From positions 1 through 64,000 of IMG/VR virus record IMGVR_UViG_3300023263_000002: DNA of 64,000 nt. One strand, written 5' to 3'. The position numbers and the translations under genes were made by a program. The notes beneath the pieces are model-generated. The model was given only the letters and a program-made list of their open reading frames with translations, was not told the origin of the DNA and made no database searches. This DNA is from a virus (lineage: Duplodnaviria; Caudoviricetes). Numbering within the stretch: the stretch's first letter is position 1; each line of letters begins with the position of its first letter. Below are positions 55,459-64,000 of the stretch, piece by piece.

Positions 55459-57060
55459 CTAGTCCAACCTTATCACTGAAAAGGATACCTGGTATATCCC
55501 ATTCGTATAGTCAGGACCAGGAGACCGTTGTATAGATTCTTGGTATGCCGGATCGTCCGAGCCGAACTTGAATGTCTTCTCCAAACCAGTGAACGGATCC
55601 GTAATCATGAAAGGCAGAGTGCCTTCCTTCAGAGTTGTATGATAGAACTCAACAAAGGCGAGGTATTCCTCCTGCGTCAAGCCGGGGCAGTTTACTTGAT
55701 ACAACCGATTGGTTGCACTCGCGCGGCGACGATCGATAGGCGGTCCGATATCAGGTTTGAACGAGATCTTATTCGACTGCGGACCACCTTGGATATCAAC
55801 CGTCCAGTTGTTCGGGATGGTATCAGTCGGCCACTCCGTAACAAGCTCAGTGATTGCAAAGTGCCCAAGCTCGAATACCGTGCCTGTGTAGAATTGGAAG
55901 ATGCCCGAGCGTCCTGCGACTGTAATATCGCTATCAGACGTATCGAGGAGCCAAGTCGATGGCTCTGTAGAACCCTCGGCCCAGATCCTAGCCTTGAGTG
56001 ATGAGCCGCGAACTCGGAACCGCATCCAATAGTTTGTATTTAGAGACCAGCTGAAGTTCTCTACATCGAGAATCGAGGTCCCTGCGAGGTGCTTCGCGAT
56101 ACTGACCGTGTCGCGCAGTCCTGCACTAGACTGGGTGAGCAAAAATGAGTAGGCCTGCTCAGAAGCGGCGGCTCCTCCGCCACGGACAGCAATGCCTACA
56201 CGCGCGAGATCACTCTGGGCTGTAACCCTGATTAGTGCCAGCGCTTCGACATCGTCCAAGAGTGGGATCACATCCCAGGACCACATCGTCAGAGCATTGG
56301 AACTCTGCTTCGTGAATTCAGCACCCTGGCCAGACGGGAAGTATGGAACAGGGGTGTCAAAGGCGATTGCAGCCCAGCCACTCTGAGAAGGAACATCGTT
56401 TGTACTCACTGCGATGCTGATCGAGGACTCTTCTGTCTTAATCAACTTATCAGCAGCAGACCGATACGATGTACCATCAACTAGTCCGTCTACGCGCTCG
56501 TCGAGCGTAGACCAGAACATGTCAATTCCAGCGACACCTCCTGTTACTGCTTGGGCCAAGACCACGCTGCGTTGCGCTACAGCGATTGCCGCCTCAGCGT
56601 TCACTGAAGGCGACGTAACTTCTGCGTCGTGCGTAGCTTCATCATTGCCATACAGTCTCCAGACAACAATGGCACACCGATTGAAGGCCGATACGAAGGT
56701 GACTGTTATATCGCCATGCGCGAAGCTGCTTGGCTCCAACATGAAGAAGGCATTGATCTGATTGCCACCGGGCTGCTGCTCTAATATCTGATTGCCACCG
56801 GTTCCGTCAATCGTCACAGAGGCGATGCCAATCGCGTTATTCGTCTGCCCTTGCACAGCAACGATGTACGTGCCGAACTCATCGATCAATCCAGAGAAGG
56901 TGTACGATGTGGCGTCAGTACCATCTACTCCAGACCCAATAAACTCGTAGCCGATGCCGAGGACCTCAGCAACGGCCGCTGTATTCCAACGCTTCGTCCA
57001 ATCAGATTCCGACAGATCGCCAGCTGCCAGATACCCACCAAACTTGGTTATGTATGACAT
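55459..57060 (-). CDS. distal tail protein with two N-terminal accessory domains
   Basis: C-terminal GP...RRR, F..FY..TLK.G.LPF...DP; follows tape measure. Confidence 0.7.
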   Translation of the reverse strand: MSYITKFGGYLAAGDLSESDWTKRWNTAAVAEVLGIGYEFIGSGVDGTDATSYTFSGLIDEFGTYIVAVQGQTNNAIGIASVTIDGTGGNQILEQQPGGNQINAFFMLEPSSFAHGDITVTFVSAFNRCAIVVWRLYGNDEATHDAEVTSPSVNAEAAIAVAQRSVVLAQAVTGGVAGIDMFWSTLDERVDGLVDGTSYRSAADKLIKTEESSISIAVSTNDVPSQSGWAAIAFDTPVPYFPSGQGAEFTKQSSNALTMWSWDVIPLLDDVEALALIRVTAQSDLARVGIAVRGGGAAASEQAYSFLLTQSSAGLRDTVSIAKHLAGTSILDVENFSWSLNTNYWMRFRVRGSSLKARIWAEGSTEPSTWLLDTSDSDITVAGRSGIFQFYTGTVFELGHFAITELVTEWPTDTIPNNWTVDIQGGPQSNKISFKPDIGPPIDRRRASATNRLYQVNCPGLTQEEYLAFVEFYHTTLKEGTLPFMITDPFTGLEKTFKFGSDDPAYQESIQRSPGPDYTNGIYQVSFSVIRLD

Positions 57061-57070
57061 GCCTCATCCC

Positions 57071-59383
57071 TTACCGGCGAGTACCGACTACTTGGTTTCC
57101 GTAGCGGCCTCGCATCGAACCATCAAAGGCTCCGCGGGTCATACCCTTGTTTGTCTCTTCAATGACAAACCTACGGATTTCCTCACCATCTGAACTCCGC
57201 GTTGACTCTTCCTTAACCTGAGCGCTGGAGTTGTTTATAATCTGAACCGTCACCCGGCCATTGTCATTCTCGCCGCGCGGAATAACCTTCTCACCTTTTT
57301 GAAGGATCGCCGGTACTTCATCAGCGCCAAGGATGCTGCCGCCTTTGTGCATCCGCGGAGCACCCATGAGAGCAGAAGCAGAAACCATTCTCCTCACGCC
57401 GCTACCGCTACCAACCACACCACCTGAATGGAACAGTGACATGAGCGCCTGTCCCATGGCACCACCTCCCTGCACCTGTCCGCCTCCGAACAGCGGTTGC
57501 AGCACAGCCATGCGAAGTGCGATCATTGCAATGTCAGCGATAATGGATCTCGTCAACTCGTTAAAGTCGATCTTTCCGGTCTCGATAAAGCTACGGAAGG
57601 CACCTTCCAGTCCACTCGATATCGCGCCAGTGATGTCTTCAACGAACTTCAAATCCTTTGCGCGCAACTCCTCGAGCTTCTTCTGCGTGACTGCTGCCAA
57701 CTGCTCGCGCGCTTGGTTATACTGCTCCTCGGAAATCAACTTCTGATCAAGGAGTTCTTTAAACTTCTCGAGTTCGCGATCGTGTTCAACCTGTATGAGT
57801 CGCGCGTTCTGTTTGGTCGCCTCGAGATATTCAGACTCCAAAGCTTGAAGCGCGCTAAGGGCTGCCTTCTGTTTTGCTGCCTGGCCCTCAACATCAGCGG
57901 GAGGAGGAATATCTTTATCGTCTGTACGCTCGATTGTTTTTCCGGGAGGCGCCTGGCCTGCGAGCGTTGACTGTAGCTGACCTTGGAGACGAATGAACTC
58001 CTGCGTGGTCGCCATATTCTCGAGCATCGCCTTTCGACCGGCCTCGAGACGATTAATCGCACTAAGCGGACGGTTGCCTGCTCGTGATTCTGCGAGAACT
58101 CTATCAAGCTGATCAAGCTCTGCCTGCTGACCTTCCAAGGTGGCTTGAAGAGTGTTGAGTGACTGCTGCTGTAGCGGGGCCATTCCCTTCAAGCTTGTGG
58201 CCATCGACCTGAGTGCTTGTGCAGCTCTATCAGCCAACACCTCGAACGCGTGCCCGAGGCCGCTCTCTCCGATTGCGACAGCGAGACCTTTCGCCGCCGA
58301 GCCGAGTTCGATAAACGCGCCTTTCAGACCTTCCATCTGAGTAGCAGCGATTCGCTTTGATGTTCCTGACACCTTACTCAAGGCGCCCTCAAAGCGATTA
58401 AGCTCATCTGCTCCGGCCTTGGTCAAAGCTGCAATGCCCTGGAATGGTCGTGCACCAAACACTGTGCTCAAATCAGCGAGGCCGCGAGCACCTGCTTTGG
58501 ACATCGGCTCGAACTGCTTCACGATCTCAACAAGGGACTTGAGCTTCCCTGTCGTGTCAATTACACTGATTCCCCAAGCCTTCATAATCTTAGCAGCTTC
58601 GGGGACGGGATCAATCAAGCGCTGGATGATGCCGCGCAGAGCAGTACCTGCTGTAGAACCTTTCGTACCGGCTTGGGCCATGACACCGATAGCCGCGGCA
58701 ACTTGTTCAATGCTGTACCCAGCTTGCTCAGAGATGCCAGATGCGTATTTGAACGCGTAGGCGAGTTCGGTAACGCTAGTCGTAGAATCAACACTCGTCT
58801 TTGTCAGAACGTCAACGGCGCGGTCGAGGTCTTTAACTGTTAGACCCATACCCGTCATAATGTTGACAACCGCCTCAGTAGACGTCGCCAGGTCCATGCC
58901 TTCAACAGCGGCTAGGTTCAAGGTGCTGGCCACGCCTCCGTACACCTGCCCAGCGTTCATGCCGGCCTTGGCCATAAGAGTCATCGCCTCAGCAACCTGT
59001 TCTGCTGAGTAGCGAGTGGTAAGTCCTAACTCCTGCGCTTTGTTGTTAAGCAGGGAGAACTCCGAGCCTGTCGTTTGCAAGACAGCTCGCACCGTATTCA
59101 TGTTGTATTCGAATTCAGCGAACTGAGCAGTTACCTTATACAGTGCAAAGCCGGCAGTCAACGTCCCGAGGAACGCGAACTGCCGGGCGAACACTGATAT
59201 GGCTCCACTCGCCCTTGTCGAAGCGGCGCCGAGCGTATCGAATTGCTTGGCTGTGGTGCCTGCTGCGCGAGTCGCAGAAGCATCGAATCTTGCGAGCTCC
59301 GCACGCGCGCGTTGTAGATCGCGCAAGAACAAAGCCATGTTCGCACGAACCGCAACTTCCACAGATCCAGCAACTTGCGTCAT
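57071..59383 (-). CDS. tail tape measure protein (TP901-type)
   Basis: LG.TT.YSA, KGS.AGTALR, FH.GG.V, EVPAILQKGE.V. Confidence 0.92.
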   Translation of the reverse strand: MTQVAGSVEVAVRANMALFLRDLQRARAELARFDASATRAAGTTAKQFDTLGAASTRASGAISVFARQFAFLGTLTAGFALYKVTAQFAEFEYNMNTVRAVLQTTGSEFSLLNNKAQELGLTTRYSAEQVAEAMTLMAKAGMNAGQVYGGVASTLNLAAVEGMDLATSTEAVVNIMTGMGLTVKDLDRAVDVLTKTSVDSTTSVTELAYAFKYASGISEQAGYSIEQVAAAIGVMAQAGTKGSTAGTALRGIIQRLIDPVPEAAKIMKAWGISVIDTTGKLKSLVEIVKQFEPMSKAGARGLADLSTVFGARPFQGIAALTKAGADELNRFEGALSKVSGTSKRIAATQMEGLKGAFIELGSAAKGLAVAIGESGLGHAFEVLADRAAQALRSMATSLKGMAPLQQQSLNTLQATLEGQQAELDQLDRVLAESRAGNRPLSAINRLEAGRKAMLENMATTQEFIRLQGQLQSTLAGQAPPGKTIERTDDKDIPPPADVEGQAAKQKAALSALQALESEYLEATKQNARLIQVEHDRELEKFKELLDQKLISEEQYNQAREQLAAVTQKKLEELRAKDLKFVEDITGAISSGLEGAFRSFIETGKIDFNELTRSIIADIAMIALRMAVLQPLFGGGQVQGGGAMGQALMSLFHSGGVVGSGSGVRRMVSASALMGAPRMHKGGSILGADEVPAILQKGEKVIPRGENDNGRVTVQIINNSSAQVKEESTRSSDGEEIRRFVIEETNKGMTRGAFDGSMRGRYGNQVVGTRR

Positions 59384-59679
59384 TTCTTCTTCGCTTTCTT
59401 CTTAGGAAGTTTTACTTTGCCTGTCTGCACAAGAAGATTGTGTGTCTTTGCGAACTGTTTGATCTCGTCCGCTTTGGCTGTCTTCGGACGGTCCGCTGTG
59501 TCCCTAGATCCGAAGAGTAGTTGAAACATCTCCATCCTGCCTTGGTACGCATAGAGGAGATAACAGATGTCGCATTCTAACGCTTGTTCTGGTTGCCATC
59601 CGAGCCAACCCGCTGCAAACTCCAGCAGCTTGCTGTAATACTGCGAAAGAGTTACAGGCTCGGACTTGGAGGGTTTCCC
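59380..59679 (-). CDS. -1 frameshift extension of the tail assembly chaperone (gpGT-like)
   Basis: GGGAAAC slippery site at 59679-59673; open -1 frame KPSKSEPVTLSQYYSKLLEFAAGWLGWQPEQA... ending in ATGA overlap with tape measure start. Confidence 0.85.
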   Translation of the reverse strand, partial: GKPSKSEPVTLSQYYSKLLEFAAGWLGWQPEQALECDICYLLYAYQGRMEMFQLLFGSRDTADRPKTAKADEIKQFAKTHNLLVQTGKVKLPKKKAKKK

Positions 59680-60026
59680 TCTTCTTCCTGCTCCTCAGTA
59701 GTCTTGTCAACGTTGATAGGCCGGCCGCCGTTGTTGACCACATGAATGAACGATATCAAGGCTGGCCGGAGTTCGACCAATCCCGTCTTGTATACCTTCT
59801 CCTGGAGCTCTTTCGAGACTGGACGGTTCAATCCAAAACCGACGACGGAGACGATGGTATCGAAATCCATCGCCATAACCTTGCTGGCGGTCTCGTGCGG
59901 ATTGTTGTGCAGCCGCGATACACTCATGCAAGCCTTGAGAGAAGGCTTCAGGAAAAGATCTTCACCATCGAGGGTGAAGGGAATGTCACCTGATCCAGGT
60001 AGCGGCAGTTCTACTGTCTTTGTCAT
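59652..60026 (-). CDS. tail assembly chaperone (gpG-like)
   Basis: between tail tube and tape measure; L.PSL.A, NGGRP. Confidence 0.85.
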   Translation of the reverse strand: MTKTVELPLPGSGDIPFTLDGEDLFLKPSLKACMSVSRLHNNPHETASKVMAMDFDTIVSVVGFGLNRPVSKELQEKVYKTGLVELRPALISFIHVVNNGGRPINVDKTTEEQEEEGNPPSPSL

Positions 60027-60166
60027 TGCTTGTCTCAGTTAGATTTCAGGAAAATGTGAGCTCGAGATCCACGAATCTGGACGAACGAGCGGTCGAAAGG
60101 GCTTTCCGCTATCTGCGGGGCGGCTAAGTCCCTTCCACGAGCGAGCGCCTGCGATTCGCAGAGCAA

Positions 60167-60631
60167 TTAGGTAGCGGTAACCTCAAGGATCTCGGTATTG
60201 ATACCGACCATGAACGTCTGCCGGACGATGTTGTTCACCTGGCCGACGTTACGGGTCTTTGACATCACCTTTCCGCTGAAGAATAACGTGGTGGGTGATC
60301 CACCGAGCGTCAGCTCATCGTTCAGCGTGACTTTGAAGTTGTAATCAAAGTCGGTGGCGAACGCAGCAAGGAGGGCTTGCTGGCCCGAATCAGCCGGATC
60401 CGATCCGGTGATGATTGTCAGGGTCCCGGCGTTGAATGATCCCTTGAACTTCCGAGTGCGCCGATCCGCAAGAGCGGTGAACGTCACCTCCTCAGCCGTG
60501 TCGCCGAACTCACCGAGATCCTCGACCTCGCCAACTTCGACGTAGCTGTCAGATTCGTAGTCGATGACACTGTTCGCCTGCCCAGTGGTGCCGATGAACA
60601 CCCTAGATTCCGCTGCTGTATTAACCGTCAT
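60167..60631 (-). CDS. major tail tube protein
   Basis: GEVEDLGEFGD, R.RKFKG..NAG, D.GQ. Confidence 0.9.
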   Translation of the reverse strand: MTVNTAAESRVFIGTTGQANSVIDYESDSYVEVGEVEDLGEFGDTAEEVTFTALADRRTRKFKGSFNAGTLTIITGSDPADSGQQALLAAFATDFDYNFKVTLNDELTLGGSPTTLFFSGKVMSKTRNVGQVNNIVRQTFMVGINTEILEVTAT

Positions 60632-60644
60632 AGCACGTTCCTTT

Positions 60645-61904
60645 CTACGCTGTCTGTAAACGAATTGTTAGTGTGACTCCCCTAGCAATATGTTGGTAAT
60701 CATCTGTTGGCGCAGGGAAGGGACCAACTACTACGATGTCGATAATGTCGTATCCTGACACAGTCAAACTATCGGGATTGCGATGGAATTTATCACGAAG
60801 GTAATACCCAAGTTCTTCTACTACGCGATACTGACCATCCTGCTCACCGTACGCAATCACGTCACGAGTGATAACCGGTCTCCGAGAAACAAGTGCATCC
60901 TCGTTGATGATGCTCGTGTCAGGATTAACAACGATCATAGGGTATTCAGCACCCTCAGGAACCGGCCGCCGTGTATGAATAGAAGGCGACATGAATTGAC
61001 CGAGCCTAGAGGTTATGTATAAATCATCAGCCAATGCAGCATATATCGAAGAAGCCAGGTTCAAGGTGGCGCCGCCGCCCACGAGAGTGACAGCCTGTCC
61101 TTGTACTGCGACATCAACCGGGTCTACAGCTATTTGTAGATTGATAATGTCAATGGTCTGTCCCGCAACTGCCGCTGCTGCTGCTGTTACCGGAATAGGA
61201 TCTTCAAATAAGTCGATGGTCTGTCCGGCTACTGCTGCTTGAGCGGCATCGACTCCAACCACGCTCGCAGTAGAGAACGAAGCAACTACTTTTGCCGCGG
61301 CGTCATTAAGTAGAGTCGCTGTAATGGTGCGAGGCGTTTCAGCAGAAACCGCGCTGGCATACGCAGTGCTAAACCTGTTGGAGCCTTCTGCCGCAACGTC
61401 AATATCAGAGACCTCAGTAAGCCCTGTCCAAATGACTGTGTTGCCATTTCCATCGTAGCTGGATCCAACAACAATGCCATCGGCTGACGTATTTACGCTG
61501 ACATCAGAAACTCCAAGCGCGGCTGTCTTTGTAGCAAACGCTGATGAGCTAGCATCAGGAGAAACAGCGACAGCGACAGCGTGCCGAATACAAACCTGAT
61601 CATGTGTTAGAACGATATCAACATCTGTCTGGTTTGGATCTGGTAGGTTGTTCCTCGGCAGGACGAAAATGCCGACGTTAGATCTGACGTTGCCTCCGTC
61701 ATTCTGACTAAAGAAAACGGCCTGTGTTGCAGCGACGCCGTCTACTGAGCACGCCATGGTTGAGGCGTTAGCTATAGTACGAGCGCCAGCCGAAATATAC
61801 AGGACATCGCTACCGCCATTCGCGCCGATCGCCTGCGCCGCAAACGTCGGAGTCGCTGTGTCCGTTGAGCTGGACGCGATTGCGGTCTGTGTGACGCTCG
61901 CCAT
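60645..61904 (-). CDS. tail terminator (DUF3168-like C-terminus) with large N-terminal extension
   Basis: IYAAL..D....L, P..AEYP.IVV, L...FHR; directly before tail tube. Confidence 0.65.
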   Translation of the reverse strand: MASVTQTAIASSSTDTATPTFAAQAIGANGGSDVLYISAGARTIANASTMACSVDGVAATQAVFFSQNDGGNVRSNVGIFVLPRNNLPDPNQTDVDIVLTHDQVCIRHAVAVAVSPDASSSAFATKTAALGVSDVSVNTSADGIVVGSSYDGNGNTVIWTGLTEVSDIDVAAEGSNRFSTAYASAVSAETPRTITATLLNDAAAKVVASFSTASVVGVDAAQAAVAGQTIDLFEDPIPVTAAAAAVAGQTIDIINLQIAVDPVDVAVQGQAVTLVGGGATLNLASSIYAALADDLYITSRLGQFMSPSIHTRRPVPEGAEYPMIVVNPDTSIINEDALVSRRPVITRDVIAYGEQDGQYRVVEELGYYLRDKFHRNPDSLTVSGYDIIDIVVVGPFPAPTDDYQHIARGVTLTIRLQTA

Positions 61905-61939
61905 ACTGTTTGTATCTCCCAGGAACGATCAACTAAAAC

Positions 61940-62383
61940 CTAGCTAACAGTTCCCGCTCCCAGCCGCAGCAGCCCAAGGGTCGCGCTAAAGTCAAGAGTC
62001 CGGCTCTGTCCATCAGCCAGCGAGATGCCTGAGCCTACATCAAGATAGCCGATCAGCGGATCCAGCGGAGACGACGGCGTGTCATCGTACAGCACCGGAT
62101 ACCGCCAGGTTGCCATCGTGCCACCGCTCGCAGTGATCACCAGATCAGAAGCAATCAGCTCAGCGACAGCACTATCGAGCGTAAAGGTAATACCTGAGAG
62201 CGTGAACCCGCCGGTCGTGTATCCGTTACCATTCGCGATCTGTGTGATGTCGCTCAGCAAAGCTTGCGTGGCGATATTCGGAGCCGAGTTCGTCAGAGCC
62301 ATCTTGAGCGCGTTGGTGTGCAGGTTATGAACACCGCGACCAACGTTCTGAAAGAACTGATTGAACAGAACCAAAGCTGCCAT
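61940..62383 (-). CDS. virion structural protein
   Basis: LK.ALTN.AP, GNGYTTGG, VLYDDT, LIGY.D.G. Confidence 0.7.
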   Translation of the reverse strand: MAALVLFNQFFQNVGRGVHNLHTNALKMALTNSAPNIATQALLSDITQIANGNGYTTGGFTLSGITFTLDSAVAELIASDLVITASGGTMATWRYPVLYDDTPSSPLDPLIGYLDVGSGISLADGQSRTLDFSATLGLLRLGAGTVS

Positions 62384-62398
62384 GATAATAAACTCCTT

Positions 62399-62815
62399 TT
62401 ATCGACCGCCGCCGGCCAGGTAAGCTCTAACCTCAGCAGTCACTCTTGCGTTGATTTGCGCCGTGTGTACTGCCAAGGCCGGCCGCAGGAATGGCCGAGG
62501 CTCCATACGCACCGTGCCGTACTCGAGAGCAGCAGCATAACGCGCGCCCGCGTTGACATACACGTTCAACTTTGCAGCATCGATGCGCAGAGTGATTGAA
62601 TTCTGTAAGGTGCCAATATCACCGGCTGGCGGCTCACCTGGCGCTGAAGCCTGATGCACTTTACCGCCGCGCGAATATACAGCACCAGTCTTTGGTCCCT
62701 CGACTATCGAGTTGATTGCGTAGTTACGAACGTCGTTTCCTACGCTAACCAACCCGCGCATGATAGCGTTGCGAACACCGATAGTTATTCTATCGCCATT
62801 CCAAGTTGTAGACAT
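62399..62815 (-). CDS. HK97 gp10-like neck/tail completion protein
   Basis: HQASAPGEPPA...G.L..SI, YA..LEYGT..M.PRPFLRPA. Confidence 0.88.
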   Translation of the reverse strand: MSTTWNGDRITIGVRNAIMRGLVSVGNDVRNYAINSIVEGPKTGAVYSRGGKVHQASAPGEPPAGDIGTLQNSITLRIDAAKLNVYVNAGARYAAALEYGTVRMEPRPFLRPALAVHTAQINARVTAEVRAYLAGGGR

Positions 62816-63468
62816 TAGAATACTCCCCTCCGGATAAACACCATCCGAGTGCACTTCTTCGAACGATCGGGAAGCGTCTTGTGATACTCGAATCCCGCAT
62901 CAAGGAAATCTTGCATTCCGGAAGTGCCGTTCCGAATATCAACAATCACAGGATTTCCGTAGCTCAGACTCTTCCGAGCTAGGTCCATGTAAGTTGATGC
63001 TGCGTAATGATGCGCCCATGACCGAGTAGAGATTATCAGGTCTACAGGAATAGGTGCAGCCGGATGCGGATCAGCAGTGTGCCGATATACTACGGCGCCA
63101 CCTTTGACATTCCGCTTCACGATGTCAGTACCAATTCCAACATCGGCCCACGCCAAGGTGCTTGGTTTGATTCCTGTAATCCGCGGGATATTCTTTTCGC
63201 CGTCCATTAGGCGGATAGTAGAAACCTTTGAGATGCGCGCGAGGAAGACGTCGATGACGGCTAAGCCACAACCAATGTCGAGCGAGCGATCTGACTTGAA
63301 CTCTGCTACTACTTCTTTGATTGTGTCGAACCGCGTGGCGATCGACTCAACATGACGATGGAGATAAGAAGTAATAAACGCAGGATTCTGATTCTCGAAG
63401 TAGGGCTTTACTACATCGAGGTCAAATTCAACTGGACCATATGCGCTATCTACTTCTACGAGGGTCAT
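62815..63468 (-). CDS. class I SAM-dependent methyltransferase
   Basis: LDIGCG.A..D, DLIIS..SW.HHY. Confidence 0.8.
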   Translation of the reverse strand: MTLVEVDSAYGPVEFDLDVVKPYFENQNPAFITSYLHRHVESIATRFDTIKEVVAEFKSDRSLDIGCGLAVIDVFLARISKVSTIRLMDGEKNIPRITGIKPSTLAWADVGIGTDIVKRNVKGGAVVYRHTADPHPAAPIPVDLIISTRSWAHHYAASTYMDLARKSLSYGNPVIVDIRNGTSGMQDFLDAGFEYHKTLPDRSKKCTRMVFIRRGVF

Positions 63469-63839
63469 GTCGGATCCGCTATCTGAAAACTCTGCAATTC
63501 CCAAGTTGCGATGCCTGGGTCTGTTCCAAGCCTGCGAACCTGGTACCAGACGCCTCGGAACCGAACCTGATCATCTTTCCGAGGGGCGATTGCGAGGCTG
63601 CCAGCGATAATCAACAGCTTCACATCAGATTCTGGGATACCGGCTTGGGCTTTGTAGAAGGCTGAGTAGGTGTCCACAAAGCCTTCCAGGTTGTATGTAG
63701 TGTACGTCTTCTCTGTAGGATCACCTAGAGAGTCAACGACACCACTAAACGTTGCTCTGCGCAGAATCCCCGTCAGCAGCCGGCCTTTGAACCCTTTGTA
63801 GATTTCGTTTCTTATCTGCGTTTCCAGAAACGACGGCAT
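63465..63839 (-). CDS. head-closure / head-tail joining protein
   Basis: D.KLLI, P...D, DP..ATW.LQ. Confidence 0.75.
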   Translation of the reverse strand: MPSFLETQIRNEIYKGFKGRLLTGILRRATFSGVVDSLGDPTEKTYTTYNLEGFVDTYSAFYKAQAGIPESDVKLLIIAGSLAIAPRKDDQVRFRGVWYQVRRLGTDPGIATWELQSFQIADPT

Positions 63840-64000
63840 TGTCAGCTTCCTTTTCTTTCGCTTGGATAGTCTCCGCTAGAGAGATAATCTTCGCGCGGTC
63901 ACTTCCGGGCCTTGGAATCTTATGCCGCGCCGCTAGCCAACTCACGATAGCAGCAGTAGGCAACTGTTTGAAGTCGATTGAATGCGGAGCAATCAAGGCC

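Noticed and set aside
1-64000. tRNA or rRNA genes
   Set aside because: No cloverleaf with a T-loop and acceptor stem was recognised by eye; tRNAscan-SE or ARAGORN would settle it

Overview
This 64-kb window is part of a large tailed dsDNA phage genome (siphovirus-type tail). Promoter shape and the GTA-like tail chaperone suggest an alphaproteobacterial host, which is an inference. 1-38.9 kb (minus strand): a self-sufficient replication/recombination set (UDG-fused family A polymerase, beta clamp, DnaX-like loader, primase, DnaB, gp32-like SSB, RecA/UvsX, UvsY-like, resolvase, SNF2 helicase), a 7-deazaguanine DNA-modification pathway (folE, queD, queE, queC, DpdA-like transglycosylase) and many small early genes. 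About 39-40 kb is a non-coding divergence point, 40-46 kb holds small plus-strand genes, and 46.5-64 kb (minus) holds spanins, class II RNR, holin and tail morphogenesis genes. The standout feature is a TIGR-Tas-like RNA-guided locus at 32.8-36.8 kb: a 307-aa nuclease-less Nop/IS110-C-terminal-domain protein flanked by two 36-nt-period dual-repeat arrays (about 20 and about 60 units, 10-nt repeats, 8-nt spacers). Second, four type II hammerhead ribozymes with covarying cores and pseudoknots sit between early genes at 21.3-24.2 kb, one of them 3' of a promoter-driven, GNRA-rich candidate ncRNA. All calls come from reading motifs by eye; no searches were run.
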